IMG/VR virus record: IMGVR_UViG_3300045988_113036 | Source: a virus | Strand: one strand, 5' to 3' | Length of the DNA: 41,230 bases | Shown: piece by piece, positions 16,394 through 26,468 of the stretch | Numbering within the stretch: the first letter of the stretch is position 1 | Layout: each line of letters starts with the position of its first letter | Position numbers and translations under genes: made by a program | The notes under the pieces: generated by a model | The model's input: only the letters and a program-made list of their open reading frames with translations | Told to the model about the DNA's origin: nothing | Database searches by the model: none

Positions 16394-17014
16394 ATGGCAA
16401 CCAAGAACAACAAGAAGAACGTAAGCCTCGGCAAACCGATGGTCGCCGGTGTCGCCTACCGCGCACCCGCCGGCACCGCACTGCCCACCGACGCCACCAC
16501 CGCGCTCGCGGCGGCATACGAATGCGTCGGCTTCCTCGGCGAGGACGGCATCACCAACGCCACCGACACCGACAACACCACCATCAACGACATGGGCGGC
16601 GTGCAGGTCATCAACGAGATCAGCAGCTACGCCGAAACCTACCAGTTCATCATGATCGAGACCCGCGTCGAAAGCCTCAAGGCACGCTACGGCTCCGGCA
16701 ACGTCACCGCCACCGGAGACGGCGACGCGAACACACTCACCGTCCTGCACACCATGCCCGACGGCGAATCCTGCGTCTGGGTCTTCGAAATCCTCATGAC
16801 CGGCAACCGCGTCAAGCGCATCATCATCCCCGACGCCACCATCAGCGAGGTCGGAGACATCACCTACTCCAGCACCGATGTCATCGGCTACGACGTCACC
16901 TACAGCGCCAACCCGTCCGACCTCATCGACGGTGCCACCAGCAAGGAGATCATCGCCCCGCTGTCCAATGTCGCCACCAAGGCGCTCAAGCAGGCGCTCC
17001 ACGCCGCAGCCTGA
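16394..17014 (+). CDS. Major tail protein
   Basis: RBS gaaggaacc. 206 aa. Lies between the connector genes and the G/GT chaperones, and is followed by a terminator (typical attenuation point). Confidence 0.75.
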   Translation: MATKNNKKNVSLGKPMVAGVAYRAPAGTALPTDATTALAAAYECVGFLGEDGITNATDTDNTTINDMGGVQVINEISSYAETYQFIMIETRVESLKARYGSGNVTATGDGDANTLTVLHTMPDGESCVWVFEILMTGNRVKRIIIPDATISEVGDITYSSTDVIGYDVTYSANPSDLIDGATSKEIIAPLSNVATKALKQALHAAA

Positions 17015-17036
17015 CCCGCGCCCCGATAAACAGCAA

Positions 17037-17070
17037 AGCCGACCGGAACCGCCTCCGGCCGGCTTTTTTC
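17037..17070 (+). terminator. Rho-independent terminator
   Basis: agccgaccgga / tccggccggct, an 11-bp stem with one mismatch, followed by TTTTTT. Confidence 0.7.
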
Positions 17071-17092
17071 GACTTCCGTGAAAGGACAACCA

Positions 17093-17404
17093 ATGACAGC
17101 CAAGCCGCAGGATCACAAGCAGCCCAAGGACAAGCCCCGCAGGATCGAGGTCATGGGCGCGACCCTGACCATCGACCCGTCCATCCTCGACGACCTTGAT
17201 ATGGTCGAATACCTCTACGACCTCCAGCACGCCGCCGACAGCGACGACGGGGGCTTCGCGATCGTGCCGTTCCTGCGCAAGCTGTGCGGCGACGACTACG
17301 CGAACGTGAAGAAGGCGCTGCGCGACGACAACGGACGCATCCCCTTCGAGAAGGTCGGCGAATTCGTCCAGCAGCTCATCGAAGCACTCAACCCAAACTC
17401 CTGA
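17093..17404 (+). CDS. Tail assembly chaperone (G-like, 0-frame product)
   Basis: 103 aa, acidic, between the major tail and tape measure genes. Ends 6 nt after a CCCAAAC heptamer. Confidence 0.8.
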   Translation: MTAKPQDHKQPKDKPRRIEVMGATLTIDPSILDDLDMVEYLYDLQHAADSDDGGFAIVPFLRKLCGDDYANVKKALRDDNGRIPFEKVGEFVQQLIEALNPNS

Positions 17405-17772
17405 CGCTCGTGGAAATGATGGAGGCCGCGCCCGACGCCCTGCGGGCCGACCTCCAACGCTTCTACGGGCTCGACATGGACGAGATCGGCCACACGGTGA
17501 GGGTGCGTCGCGCCGCCGACCTCGCCGCCAACCTCCCCGAAGACGCGCTCACATGGGGGCGCATCGACGAACGCGCCACATGGGGCACCGCCAAACACCT
17601 GCTCGCCACCATCGCCGACAACACCGGCTTCATCGCATGGACGAAGACCAAAGCCGCCAAACAAGGCGAATGGCGCGGCGCGATCGAACGCCCCGGCTTC
17701 CCCAGGACCGCCAACGTCCAGAAGCTCGACCCCGACAACATGCTGCGCATCCTGCGCATGCCACGAACCTGA
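17093..17772 (+). CDS. Tail assembly chaperone G-T fusion made by -1 programmed ribosomal frameshift
   Basis: The -1 frame is open from the slip site to 17772 (..PKLLTLVEMMEAAPDALRADLQRFYGLD..) and lacks its own start and RBS. It ends just before the tape measure gene. Confidence 0.7.
17392..17398 (+). promoter_or_regulatory. -1 frameshift slippery heptamer C_CCA_AAC
   Basis: The 0-frame reads aaC CCA AAC tcc tga, an X_XXY_YYZ heptamer. Confidence 0.7.
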
Positions 17773-17787
17773 CCGAAGGGAGCGCAC

Positions 17788-20700
17788 ATGGTCGAACTAG
17801 CACACGCCTACGTGCAGATCGTCCCATCCATGAGCGGCGTCGGCCGAGCCATACAGGACGCCTTCGGCTCAGCCGGAGACAAAGGCGGCGCACAGGCCGG
17901 CAAGAACTTCACCTCCGGCTTCTCCGCCAAGATCGGAGCCGTCGCCGGCGTCACCGCGAGCGTGTTCAACAAAGTCGCCGGCGTGGTCGCCTCCAGCCTC
18001 AACAGCGCCATCGGCCGAGCCGACCAGATGAACAACTTCCCCAAGGTCATGAAAAACCTCGGGTACTCCAGCGAGGACGCGGCGGCGAGCATCAAGAAGA
18101 TCAGCGCAGCGCTCGACGGCCTGCCCACCACCAGCTCGGCCATGACCGGCATGGTGCAGCAGCTCGCCCCATTGACCTCGAACCTCGACGAGGCCACCGA
18201 CATCGCGCTCGCGTTCAACAACGCCATGCTCGCCGGCGGCGCGAGCACGATCGAGCAGGAAAACGCGTTAACCCAGTACACGCAGATGCTCTCCGCCGGC
18301 AAGGTGGACATGCAGGCGTGGCGATCCATACAGGCCGCCATGCCCGGCCAGCTCAATCAGGTCGCCGAGGCCATGATGGGAGCCGGCCACAACGCCAACG
18401 ACCTGTACGAGGCCATGAAGGACGGAACCTACAGTTTCGACGACTTCAACAAGACCGTCATGCGCCTCAACAAACAAGGCTTCGCCCAATACGCGAGCTT
18501 CGCCCAGCAGGCCAGGGACGCCACCCAAGGCATCGGCACGGCGTTCGAGAACGTCCGCAACCGTGTGGCCAAAGCCGTCCAGAAGGTCATCGAGGCCATC
18601 GGCGTGGAGAACATCGCCGGCGCGATCAACGACTTCAGCTCGCAGTTCGGCAAGATCGGCGACGCCGCAGCCAACATGGTCACGGGCGTCAAGAACTGGC
18701 TTGGCCAAGCCGCGCAGGCCGCCAAGCCACTCGTCTCGATCTGGCAAGGCGACTTCGCTAAACTCGGCCTGTACCTCACCGGCCTCGGCGCGAACGTGGC
18801 CGCATTCGGCAAAAGCCTGCTCGACGTCATCACCAACGGCGGCGTCATGCAGAGCTTCCTCGTCGGCCTGAACAACGTCATCTCGGCGCTCGTCAACTGG
18901 TGGATCGCACTCACCCGCAACGTGAGCATCTTCATCGGCACACTCGCCGACACCGGCGGCGTGCAGGCATTCCTCGCCGCGCTCGGCGAACTCTGGCAAG
19001 GCCTGACCCAACTATTCCAAGGCCTACAGGACGCCGCGACCGGCCTCCTCGAAATCGGCGAAAACGGCGGCGCGGCCGCCGCCGCGGGCAAACTCGTCGG
19101 AGACGCCTTCAAGGTCGCCACCCCGATCGTCAAAGCGCTTGCCGGCACACTGCAATCGGTCGGCGAATGGGCCGGCGAACACGGCGACATCGTGCGCGCT
19201 GCCATCATCGGCATCGGCACCGCGTTCGCCGCGGTCAAGGGCTATCAGGCGCTCAACAGCGGTCTACAGGCGCTAACCGGAACCATGAACACGGTGACGA
19301 CCGCCGCCAAGGGCATCAGCAACGGCATCATGCTCATGACGGACCTGGGCGGCCCGGTCGCCATGCTCAAGCAGATGGCCGGAGGGCTGAGCCTCGTCAA
19401 GACCGCACAGACCGCATGGAGCACGGCCACGAAGATGGCGACCGCCGTGCAGGGCGCGTTCAATGCCGTCATAGCCGCCAACCCCATCGGCGCGATCGTC
19501 GTCGCCGTCGCGGCCGTCGTGGCCGCACTCGTCTGGTTCTTCACCCAGACCGAGGTAGGCCGCAAGGCATGGGCCGCGTTCACCTCATGGCTGTCCGAGA
19601 CATGGGCCGCGCTCGTGGAGGGCGCCAAGGCGATATGGAACGGGCTCGGCGAATTCCTCGCCAACCTATGGGCGACGATCACCGGCGGCGTGCAATCCGC
19701 ATGGAACGGCATCGCCGGCTTCTTCACGGGCCTATGGCAGACGATCAGCGGCGGCGTCACCGGCGCATGGACGTCGATCACCACGTTCCTGTCCGGCGTG
19801 TGGACCGGCATCAGCACGACCGCCACGACGATATTCAACGGGATACGCGACTTCATCGTCAACGTGTTCACCGTGATCGGCGCGCTCATCGTCGCACCCT
19901 TGCAGGCGATCCGGAACGGCATCAACACCGTGTTCGGCTGGATACTCTCGTTCATCACCCAGCAGATGAACAGCACGAACACCGTATGGAGCACCATCTG
20001 GACGGCGATCTACAACGTCGTCAACACGATCTTCACGCTTATCAGCGGCTACATCTCGACCGTGGTGAACGCGATCCACACCGTCATCGTCGTGTTCCTC
20101 AGCCTCCTCAAGGGAGACTGGCAAGGCGCATGGGACGCAATCAAATCGTTCTTCACGGCCACATGGGACGGCATCAAAGCGTTCCTGTCGAACACCCTCG
20201 ACGCAATCAAGACCGTCTGGACCACCGTATGGACCGCCATCAGCACGTTCTTCACCGACGTATGGAACAAGATCGTCGCGTTCTTCACGCCGATCATCAA
20301 CGGCATCAGGAACACGATCGGCAGCGTCCTCAACGCGATCGCCGGCGTGTGGACGAGCATCTGGAACGCGGTCAGGTCCGTCGCGTCCGCCGTCTGGAAC
20401 GCGATCAGTGGCGTGGTGTCCACATACATCCAGAATGTGCGCAACACCATCTCGACCGTCCTGAACGCCATCAGCGGCGTATGGACGAGCGTATGGAACA
20501 GCGTCAGCTCGTTCCTTGGAAACATCTGGCACGGGATCACGTCGGCCGTGTCCAACGGCATCCAGAACGTGAGCAACACCGTCGGCCGCATCAAAAGCAC
20601 CGTGCTCGGCGCGGTCGGCGGCGCCGGCCAATGGCTGTACGACACGGGTCGTCAGGTCATCAGCGGCCTCATCAACGGCATCGGCGGCGCGTTCCAATGG

Positions 20701-21156
20701 GTCAGGAACACGATCAGCAACCTCGGCAGCAGCCTCGTCGGCTGGGCCAAGAGCGTGCTCGGCATCCACTCGCCATCGAGAATCTTCCGCGACGAGGTCG
20801 GCAAATGGATACCCGCCGGCATGGCCCAGGGCATCGACAAGGCCAGCGGCCTCGTCGCCGACAGCATCGACGGACTCACCGACATGGTCCCGACCGTCAG
20901 CCTCAAGACCGACACCAGCCGACTCGAAACCCCGCTCGCATACCACGGCACCGTCAACGGCGGCCGGATCGCGTACACGATGGACGAACAGGCCGGCGAA
21001 TACGCCACCAAACAGGACATCATCGACGCGATCGACGCGGCCCTCGCCGCCGGCATCACGCTCAACCTCAACGACCGTGGCGGCGAGGTCATGGCCGGCA
21101 AACTCGCCAAACCAATGAGCTACGAACTCAACAGCCTCGCCATGAGAGGCCGTTAA
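17788..21156 (+). CDS. Tape measure protein
   Basis: 1122 aa. Contains a hydrophobic central segment and a long series of W/F-containing repeats (..VWTSIWNAV..AVWNAISGV..VWTSVWNSV..). Confidence 0.9.
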   Translation: MVELAHAYVQIVPSMSGVGRAIQDAFGSAGDKGGAQAGKNFTSGFSAKIGAVAGVTASVFNKVAGVVASSLNSAIGRADQMNNFPKVMKNLGYSSEDAAASIKKISAALDGLPTTSSAMTGMVQQLAPLTSNLDEATDIALAFNNAMLAGGASTIEQENALTQYTQMLSAGKVDMQAWRSIQAAMPGQLNQVAEAMMGAGHNANDLYEAMKDGTYSFDDFNKTVMRLNKQGFAQYASFAQQARDATQGIGTAFENVRNRVAKAVQKVIEAIGVENIAGAINDFSSQFGKIGDAAANMVTGVKNWLGQAAQAAKPLVSIWQGDFAKLGLYLTGLGANVAAFGKSLLDVITNGGVMQSFLVGLNNVISALVNWWIALTRNVSIFIGTLADTGGVQAFLAALGELWQGLTQLFQGLQDAATGLLEIGENGGAAAAAGKLVGDAFKVATPIVKALAGTLQSVGEWAGEHGDIVRAAIIGIGTAFAAVKGYQALNSGLQALTGTMNTVTTAAKGISNGIMLMTDLGGPVAMLKQMAGGLSLVKTAQTAWSTATKMATAVQGAFNAVIAANPIGAIVVAVAAVVAALVWFFTQTEVGRKAWAAFTSWLSETWAALVEGAKAIWNGLGEFLANLWATITGGVQSAWNGIAGFFTGLWQTISGGVTGAWTSITTFLSGVWTGISTTATTIFNGIRDFIVNVFTVIGALIVAPLQAIRNGINTVFGWILSFITQQMNSTNTVWSTIWTAIYNVVNTIFTLISGYISTVVNAIHTVIVVFLSLLKGDWQGAWDAIKSFFTATWDGIKAFLSNTLDAIKTVWTTVWTAISTFFTDVWNKIVAFFTPIINGIRNTIGSVLNAIAGVWTSIWNAVRSVASAVWNAISGVVSTYIQNVRNTISTVLNAISGVWTSVWNSVSSFLGNIWHGITSAVSNGIQNVSNTVGRIKSTVLGAVGGAGQWLYDTGRQVISGLINGIGGAFQWVRNTISNLGSSLVGWAKSVLGIHSPSRIFRDEVGKWIPAGMAQGIDKASGLVADSIDGLTDMVPTVSLKTDTSRLETPLAYHGTVNGGRIAYTMDEQAGEYATKQDIIDAIDAALAAGITLNLNDRGGEVMAGKLAKPMSYELNSLAMRGR

Positions 21157-21175
21157 AACCAGAGAGGAAAGCATC

Positions 21176-21955
21176 ATGCTCTACCAGCGACGCATGCGCC
21201 TGCCGCATGTCGAAGACCCCACGCTCAACGGCGTCCCGCTGGAGCGCATGATGTTCTCCCTCGCCGCCGACGGCATCACCATCGACGCCACCAAGCCCAC
21301 AACCAGCACGCAGGACATGCCCGGCCGCGACGGACAACTCGACCTCACCCTCGAAGACCCCACCGGGGCCGCGTACATGGGCAACCGCGCCATCACGCTC
21401 AACCTGTACGCGATCGGCGGCGAAGACGACATCCTCGCCGCCAAAACCCGCCTCGCCGCCCTCGCCGGCACCATCGTCACGCTCTCATGGCGCAGCCTGC
21501 CCGGCGAATACCGAGGCCGCATGAGCCTCGGCGCATGGGCGGACAAATGGGCCGGCCCCCGCCAGATCGCCACGCTCGTCACCGTGAGCATCGACGCCCA
21601 CCCCTACCTGATCGGCCGCGGCCGATCCATCGCGCTCAAAACGGGCGCGAACACGATCACCGTCAAAGGCAACCGGCCATGCTGGCCCACATGGACGCTC
21701 ACCCCCGCCAGCGGGGCGAAAACCATCAGCATCAAGGACGCGCACGGCCACACCCTCGCCATCGCGTCCACCACCGCCATCACCGGACGAATCAGCATCA
21801 TCACCGACCCCGACCACCGGGAGCTGCGCGTCAACGGCAACCTCATGGCTCCGACCCTCGAATCCGACTACTTCCCCCTGCCGCCCGGCGTGCACACGCT
21901 CGCCCTCACCGGCTGCGCCGGCATCCTCACCTACCGGCCACTCACCCTCATCTAG
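21176..21955 (+). CDS. Distal tail protein (Dit)
   Basis: RBS gagaggaaag. 259 aa immediately after the tape measure gene. Confidence 0.7.
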   Translation: MLYQRRMRLPHVEDPTLNGVPLERMMFSLAADGITIDATKPTTSTQDMPGRDGQLDLTLEDPTGAAYMGNRAITLNLYAIGGEDDILAAKTRLAALAGTIVTLSWRSLPGEYRGRMSLGAWADKWAGPRQIATLVTVSIDAHPYLIGRGRSIALKTGANTITVKGNRPCWPTWTLTPASGAKTISIKDAHGHTLAIASTTAITGRISIITDPDHRELRVNGNLMAPTLESDYFPLPPGVHTLALTGCAGILTYRPLTLI

Positions 21956-21966
21956 GAGACACGACC

Positions 21967-24900
21967 ATGCGTTACATGATCTTCGACCGCTGGGGCAACC
22001 CGCTCGGCGACCTCCCATACGCCATCAAAGCCATCCGCACCAGAGCCACCGACGGCACCGACACCCTCGACATCACCACCATCGGCGAGATCAACAAGGA
22101 CGAACGCATCGTGTTCAAGGACTCGATGCGCCGTTGGGCGGAATACCTGTGCCAGTCCACCCAGACCGCCCGCGCCGCAGGCATGCCCGTCACCGTCGCC
22201 TACTGCACCGGCAGCATCGCCGAACTCTCGCGCACCTATATCGAGGACAAACGCAACCGCAACGCGAACGCCAAAGCCTGCCTCGCCAAAGCCCTCGAAG
22301 GCACCCGGTGGGAGGTCGGCACCGTCGAGACCGGCACCATCACCGGCACCGCCGACCTCAGCTTCTACCACTGCACCGTCCTCGAAGCCATCCAGAAGAC
22401 CGCCGACACCTACGGGCTCGAAGTCCAGACCGAATACCAGCCCGACCCGACCGGCAACCGGATCGGCCAACGCATCATCCACCTCGTCGAACACCGGGGC
22501 TCCACCAACACCACGAAACGCTTCGAATACGGCAAGGACCTCACCCAAATCAAACGCGACATCGACAGCGGCGACGTCATCACCCGCCTCTACGGGTGGG
22601 GCAAAGGCATCGAACAAACCAACGAGGAAGGCGAAGCCACCGGCGGATACGGCCGCAAAATCAGCTTCGCCGACGTCAACAACGGCAAACCCTACATCCA
22701 AGACGACCAAGCGCTCGCCAACTGGGGCATCGTGGGAGCCGACGGCACCAAACACCACAGCGAAGCAAGCGTGGACTTCCCCGACTGCGAAGACCCCAAG
22801 GAACTCCTAAACCTCACCAAAGCGGCGCTCAAGACCCGCACCACGCCGACCGTCAGCTACACCGCCGACGTGACCGCACTCGGCCAAGCCGGCTACGACC
22901 CGGAAGGCACGGACGTCGGCGACAGCGTGCAGATCATCGACACCAGCTTCGCCACACCATTGCGCCTCGAAGGCCGCATCCTCCAGATCGAGGAAGACCT
23001 GGCCGGCAGCCTCGCCGACACCAAGATCACCCTCGGCAACATCCGGCAATCCTACACGCAGCGCATGGCCGCCCAACAGCAGGCCCTCGACAAACTCGTC
23101 TCCAACTCCGGCGCATGGAACAGCTCCGCCGGCGGCACCGGCCCGTACATGAAGGACCTCATCGACCGCATCAACCAGATCATGAACGCCACCGGCGGAT
23201 ACACGTACCTCAAACCCGGCCAAGGCATCTACGTCTACGACAAGCCCGAGGACCAGACCCCCACCCAATGCATCCACATCGGCGGCGGCTACTGGCGCAT
23301 CGCCGACCACAAAAAACCGAACGGGGACTGGGACTTCCGGGCGCTCGCCAACGGCAAAGGCATCTTCGCCGACACCGTGTTCACCGGCCGTCTCTCCGAC
23401 GCAGCAGGCCTGAACTACTGGGATATGGACACCGGCGATTTCAGCCTGTCCGTCCGCAGCACCATCGGCGGCAAGACCGTCCAGCAGTATGCCGACGGCG
23501 CGGTGTCCGACGCGAACTCGTACACCGACGCGGCGAAACAGGCGGCGATCACCGAGGCCAAGCGTCAGGCCGACGCGGCCGATACGGCCAAGCTCGCGGA
23601 GGCGAGGAAGTACGCCGAGACCAAGGCCTCGGAAGCCCTGACCGCAGCCAAGGCGCAGTCCAAATCGGACAGCGATGCCGCGAAGGCGGCGGCGCAGGCC
23701 TACGTGGACGCACTCGACGAATCTCTGGGCCAGCGCAGCATCTTCGACCGTCTGACCAACAACGGCAAGACGCAGGGCATCTACCTGTCCGGCGGACTGC
23801 TGTATCTGAACGCCACGTATATGAAGACCGGCGTATTGGATGCGGCGCTCGTCAAGGCCGGCCGTCTCACCGACAAAAAGGGCCTGAACTTCTGGGATAT
23901 GGACACCGGCGAATTCAGCCTGTCCGCCAATTCGACCATCAACGGCAACAAGGCGTCCAGCCTCGCCACTCAGACCCAAGCCCAGAAACTCGCCACGGAC
24001 GCGCAGACCGCCGCCAAGACCTACGCCGACAGCGTGGGAGCCAGCACGCTCAACAGCGCGAAAAGCGACGCGACCGCCAAGGCCGACACGGCCCTGTCCG
24101 GCGCGAAGACCTACGCCGAGGCGATCATGGCCTACGGCAGCAACCTCGTGCGCAACCCGAACGGCAACCCCGACCACGACCTCGACAAGCTCGGCGCGAG
24201 CAAACTCACCAAGACAATGCCCGCCACACACCCCGAGGGCATCACGAGCGCGATCCACCTGGGCAACGTGCGAGACACGTACTTCGGATGGCCGCTCGAC
24301 ACGTTCCGGGGCCACACGTTCCGCCTGTCCGGCTGGGCATACCGCAAGGCCGGCAATGTCACCAGCAGCTTCGGCATCCACTGGACGGACACCGGCAACG
24401 GCAACCACTGGCAGACCATCGCCCAATCCGCCGCCAACGCGAACGGCTGGACATACGTGTCCGGCAGCTACACCGTGCCATCCAACGCCAAAACCGCACG
24501 CCTGTGGATGCAGGTCGATCGCAACCCCGCCACCGCATCCGACGCCGACTGGTACTGGACCGGCCTGCAATGCACCGACGAGACCGCCGCCCGCAGCTAC
24601 GTGGACACCTTCGAAGGAGAACTCACCCAGACCTACATCTTCAACAAGCTCACCAACAACGGGCAGACGCAGGGCATATACCTGTCCAACGGGCTGCTGT
24701 ACGTCAACGCGACCTATATGAGGACCGGCGTCATCACCGGCAAGCGCTCCTACTGGAACCTCGACACCGGCCAGTTCGTCATGACCGACGCCAACGGCAA
24801 CGAAACCGTCCACCTCGACGGGGACGGTGTCAACAACCTCCTGACCGGCACCTTCCGAACCGCCCGAACCGGCAACAGGGTGCAAATCAGCCCGAGTTTC

Positions 24901-25695
24901 AAACAGACCGAAATCTCCGGCACGGACTCCTTAGAAGGCGCAGGCATCCAGTTCTACCACGGAAGCGGCTCGTACCAGCACCCGTACATCGCGGTCGAGT
25001 CCACCACGCAGCAGGAGGGTGAAGTCAGCGCGCTCACGTTCAACGGCGGGCGGCGCGCTGAGCACGACCCCGGCGCGTTCGCCAGAATCGGCGAACGCAA
25101 GGCCGACGACAACACCACCAAGGTCGGCACCGTGTTTCTCGCCGCAGAAAAGGACTATGACTCGACCGATCCCAGCAGTAGGCGTGCCTACCTAAGTCTG
25201 TGGTCTCCCAAGACCGGGGCCACGACCGCCACGCTCGCCGCGCGAGACCCCAATGGCCTGGTCGGAATCCAAGCCGACATCGACAGCGGATACCTGTACA
25301 TGGGAGGCTTCCTCGGCGGCTTCTCCGGCGGGCGCTCCACCTTCCAAACCACGTGGTGGGAAGGCCAAAACATCGGAGCCATGAAATACGCACAATACAC
25401 CTTCACATCCTCCAATCCCGCGAAATACGGGTCATACAAGGCGTTCGCCACAGTCGATCACCGGCAGGACGATCCCGGTCTGTTCGTGATCACCGTGTCC
25501 GACTGCACGGCAAGCGGCTGGAGTATCTGGGTGTACACGCCGCCGGAGAGGGTGGTCACCGCAGTGGATTCCCATTGGGACTACAACACCAGCACTGGCG
25601 TCGTCTCCAACCTATCCATCAACACGCATTATGCGGCCCTGTTCCAGGGCAACAAACCCTACCAGCTCCACACCATCGGATTCCTCAAGAAATAG
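21967..25695 (+). CDS. Tail-associated protein (Tal-like) with coiled-coil, repeated modules and a CBM-like domain, 1242 aa
   Basis: RBS taggagac, ATG 21967 (the upstream part of ORF 21487.. is off-frame P/R/H-rich). N-terminus MRYMIFDRWGNPLG.. is typical of the prophage tail endopeptidase/Tal fold. Ala/Lys-rich coiled coil in the middle. Confidence 0.8.
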   Translation: MRYMIFDRWGNPLGDLPYAIKAIRTRATDGTDTLDITTIGEINKDERIVFKDSMRRWAEYLCQSTQTARAAGMPVTVAYCTGSIAELSRTYIEDKRNRNANAKACLAKALEGTRWEVGTVETGTITGTADLSFYHCTVLEAIQKTADTYGLEVQTEYQPDPTGNRIGQRIIHLVEHRGSTNTTKRFEYGKDLTQIKRDIDSGDVITRLYGWGKGIEQTNEEGEATGGYGRKISFADVNNGKPYIQDDQALANWGIVGADGTKHHSEASVDFPDCEDPKELLNLTKAALKTRTTPTVSYTADVTALGQAGYDPEGTDVGDSVQIIDTSFATPLRLEGRILQIEEDLAGSLADTKITLGNIRQSYTQRMAAQQQALDKLVSNSGAWNSSAGGTGPYMKDLIDRINQIMNATGGYTYLKPGQGIYVYDKPEDQTPTQCIHIGGGYWRIADHKKPNGDWDFRALANGKGIFADTVFTGRLSDAAGLNYWDMDTGDFSLSVRSTIGGKTVQQYADGAVSDANSYTDAAKQAAITEAKRQADAADTAKLAEARKYAETKASEALTAAKAQSKSDSDAAKAAAQAYVDALDESLGQRSIFDRLTNNGKTQGIYLSGGLLYLNATYMKTGVLDAALVKAGRLTDKKGLNFWDMDTGEFSLSANSTINGNKASSLATQTQAQKLATDAQTAAKTYADSVGASTLNSAKSDATAKADTALSGAKTYAEAIMAYGSNLVRNPNGNPDHDLDKLGASKLTKTMPATHPEGITSAIHLGNVRDTYFGWPLDTFRGHTFRLSGWAYRKAGNVTSSFGIHWTDTGNGNHWQTIAQSAANANGWTYVSGSYTVPSNAKTARLWMQVDRNPATASDADWYWTGLQCTDETAARSYVDTFEGELTQTYIFNKLTNNGQTQGIYLSNGLLYVNATYMRTGVITGKRSYWNLDTGQFVMTDANGNETVHLDGDGVNNLLTGTFRTARTGNRVQISPSFKQTEISGTDSLEGAGIQFYHGSGSYQHPYIAVESTTQQEGEVSALTFNGGRRAEHDPGAFARIGERKADDNTTKVGTVFLAAEKDYDSTDPSSRRAYLSLWSPKTGATTATLAARDPNGLVGIQADIDSGYLYMGGFLGGFSGGRSTFQTTWWEGQNIGAMKYAQYTFTSSNPAKYGSYKAFATVDHRQDDPGLFVITVSDCTASGWSIWVYTPPERVVTAVDSHWDYNTSTGVVSNLSINTHYAALFQGNKPYQLHTIGFLKK
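23740..23835 (+). repeat. Intragenic repeat module, copy 1 (IFDRLTNNGKTQGIYLSGGLLYLNATYMKTGV)
   Basis: Paralogous to 24637..24732 at both protein and DNA level. Confidence 0.8.
24637..24732 (+). repeat. Intragenic repeat module, copy 2 (IFNKLTNNGQTQGIYLSNGLLYVNATYMRTGV)
   Basis: Same frame and same gene as copy 1. Also followed by a ..YWNLDTGQF.. motif, like ..FWDMDTGEF.. after copy 1. Confidence 0.8.
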
Positions 25696-25704
25696 GAGAT
25701 TCCC

Positions 25705-26301
25705 ATGCAAGTAACCACCATCAACGACCAGCCCACCCTCCTCATAGACCGACCCCTCACCGCCGACACCACCCCGCCGGCCGCAGTCACCGAAGGCATG
25801 ACCACCATCACCACCACCCCACCCACACCCGCCATGCGCCACGACGCCATACCACTCGCCGCAATCGCATCATGGCGCACACTCCTCGGCATCGAAACCG
25901 ACACCGAAGCCGTAGCCGCCATCCTCCACGTCCGAGACCACGGCGAACCAGACCCAGACCCCGACACCGGCGAAACCGCATGGACAAGCGCCTACAACGC
26001 CATCGGAAAAGCCATCAACACTACCACCGCGCCCGCCGACAATGCCACCGACGATCAGCTCACCGCCGGCCGCAACAAAACGCGCGGACTGCTCGGCCTC
26101 CCGCTCCTACCGGACACGGCAACCACCAACCCATCCGCCGAAGACGAAACCGACGCCCCGACCACCATCGCACTGCCCGCCGGCATCGAACCAACGGAAC
26201 TCGGCAACCTCCTCGCCGACCACGCCGACGACATCGCCAGCGCAACCGACCGATTCATCGAATCACTCACCCAAACCAACGACGGAAAGGACCACGACTG
26301 A
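25705..26301 (+). CDS. Hypothetical tail/baseplate-region protein, 198 aa
   Basis: RBS aggagat. T/P/D-rich acidic protein. Confidence 0.6.
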   Translation: MQVTTINDQPTLLIDRPLTADTTPPAAVTEGMTTITTTPPTPAMRHDAIPLAAIASWRTLLGIETDTEAVAAILHVRDHGEPDPDPDTGETAWTSAYNAIGKAINTTTAPADNATDDQLTAGRNKTRGLLGLPLLPDTATTNPSAEDETDAPTTIALPAGIEPTELGNLLADHADDIASATDRFIESLTQTNDGKDHD

Positions 26302-26468
26302 TGGACGACAAAAACCTCTACCCGGCCATGATCGGCAAACTCCGCGAAATGCTCGCCGACAGCACCGTCCAAATCGCCGCACTCCAAGCCCAGATCGACA
26401 TACTCGCCAAGGAAAACCAACGCCTCACCGACCAATCCAACAAGGACGACGACAATGGCAACGCTTGA
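26301..26468 (+). CDS. Small coiled-coil protein, 55 aa
   Basis: The ATG sits at the last base of the previous stop (TGATG). Heptad-like LREMLADSTVQIAALQAQIDILAKENQRL. Confidence 0.5.
   Translation: MDDKNLYPAMIGKLREMLADSTVQIAALQAQIDILAKENQRLTDQSNKDDDNGNA

Noticed and set aside
22134-25022. Long same-strand alternative-frame ORFs. Examples are 22134..25022, 25200..26468, 18900..21251, 13073..14563, 15857..17014 and the 5' extensions of 9508..12390 and 21487..25695.
   Set aside because: Their translations are R/P/H-rich low-complexity sequence. They overlap genes with recognisable domains in another frame. The real starts have RBSs or ATGA coupling further downstream.
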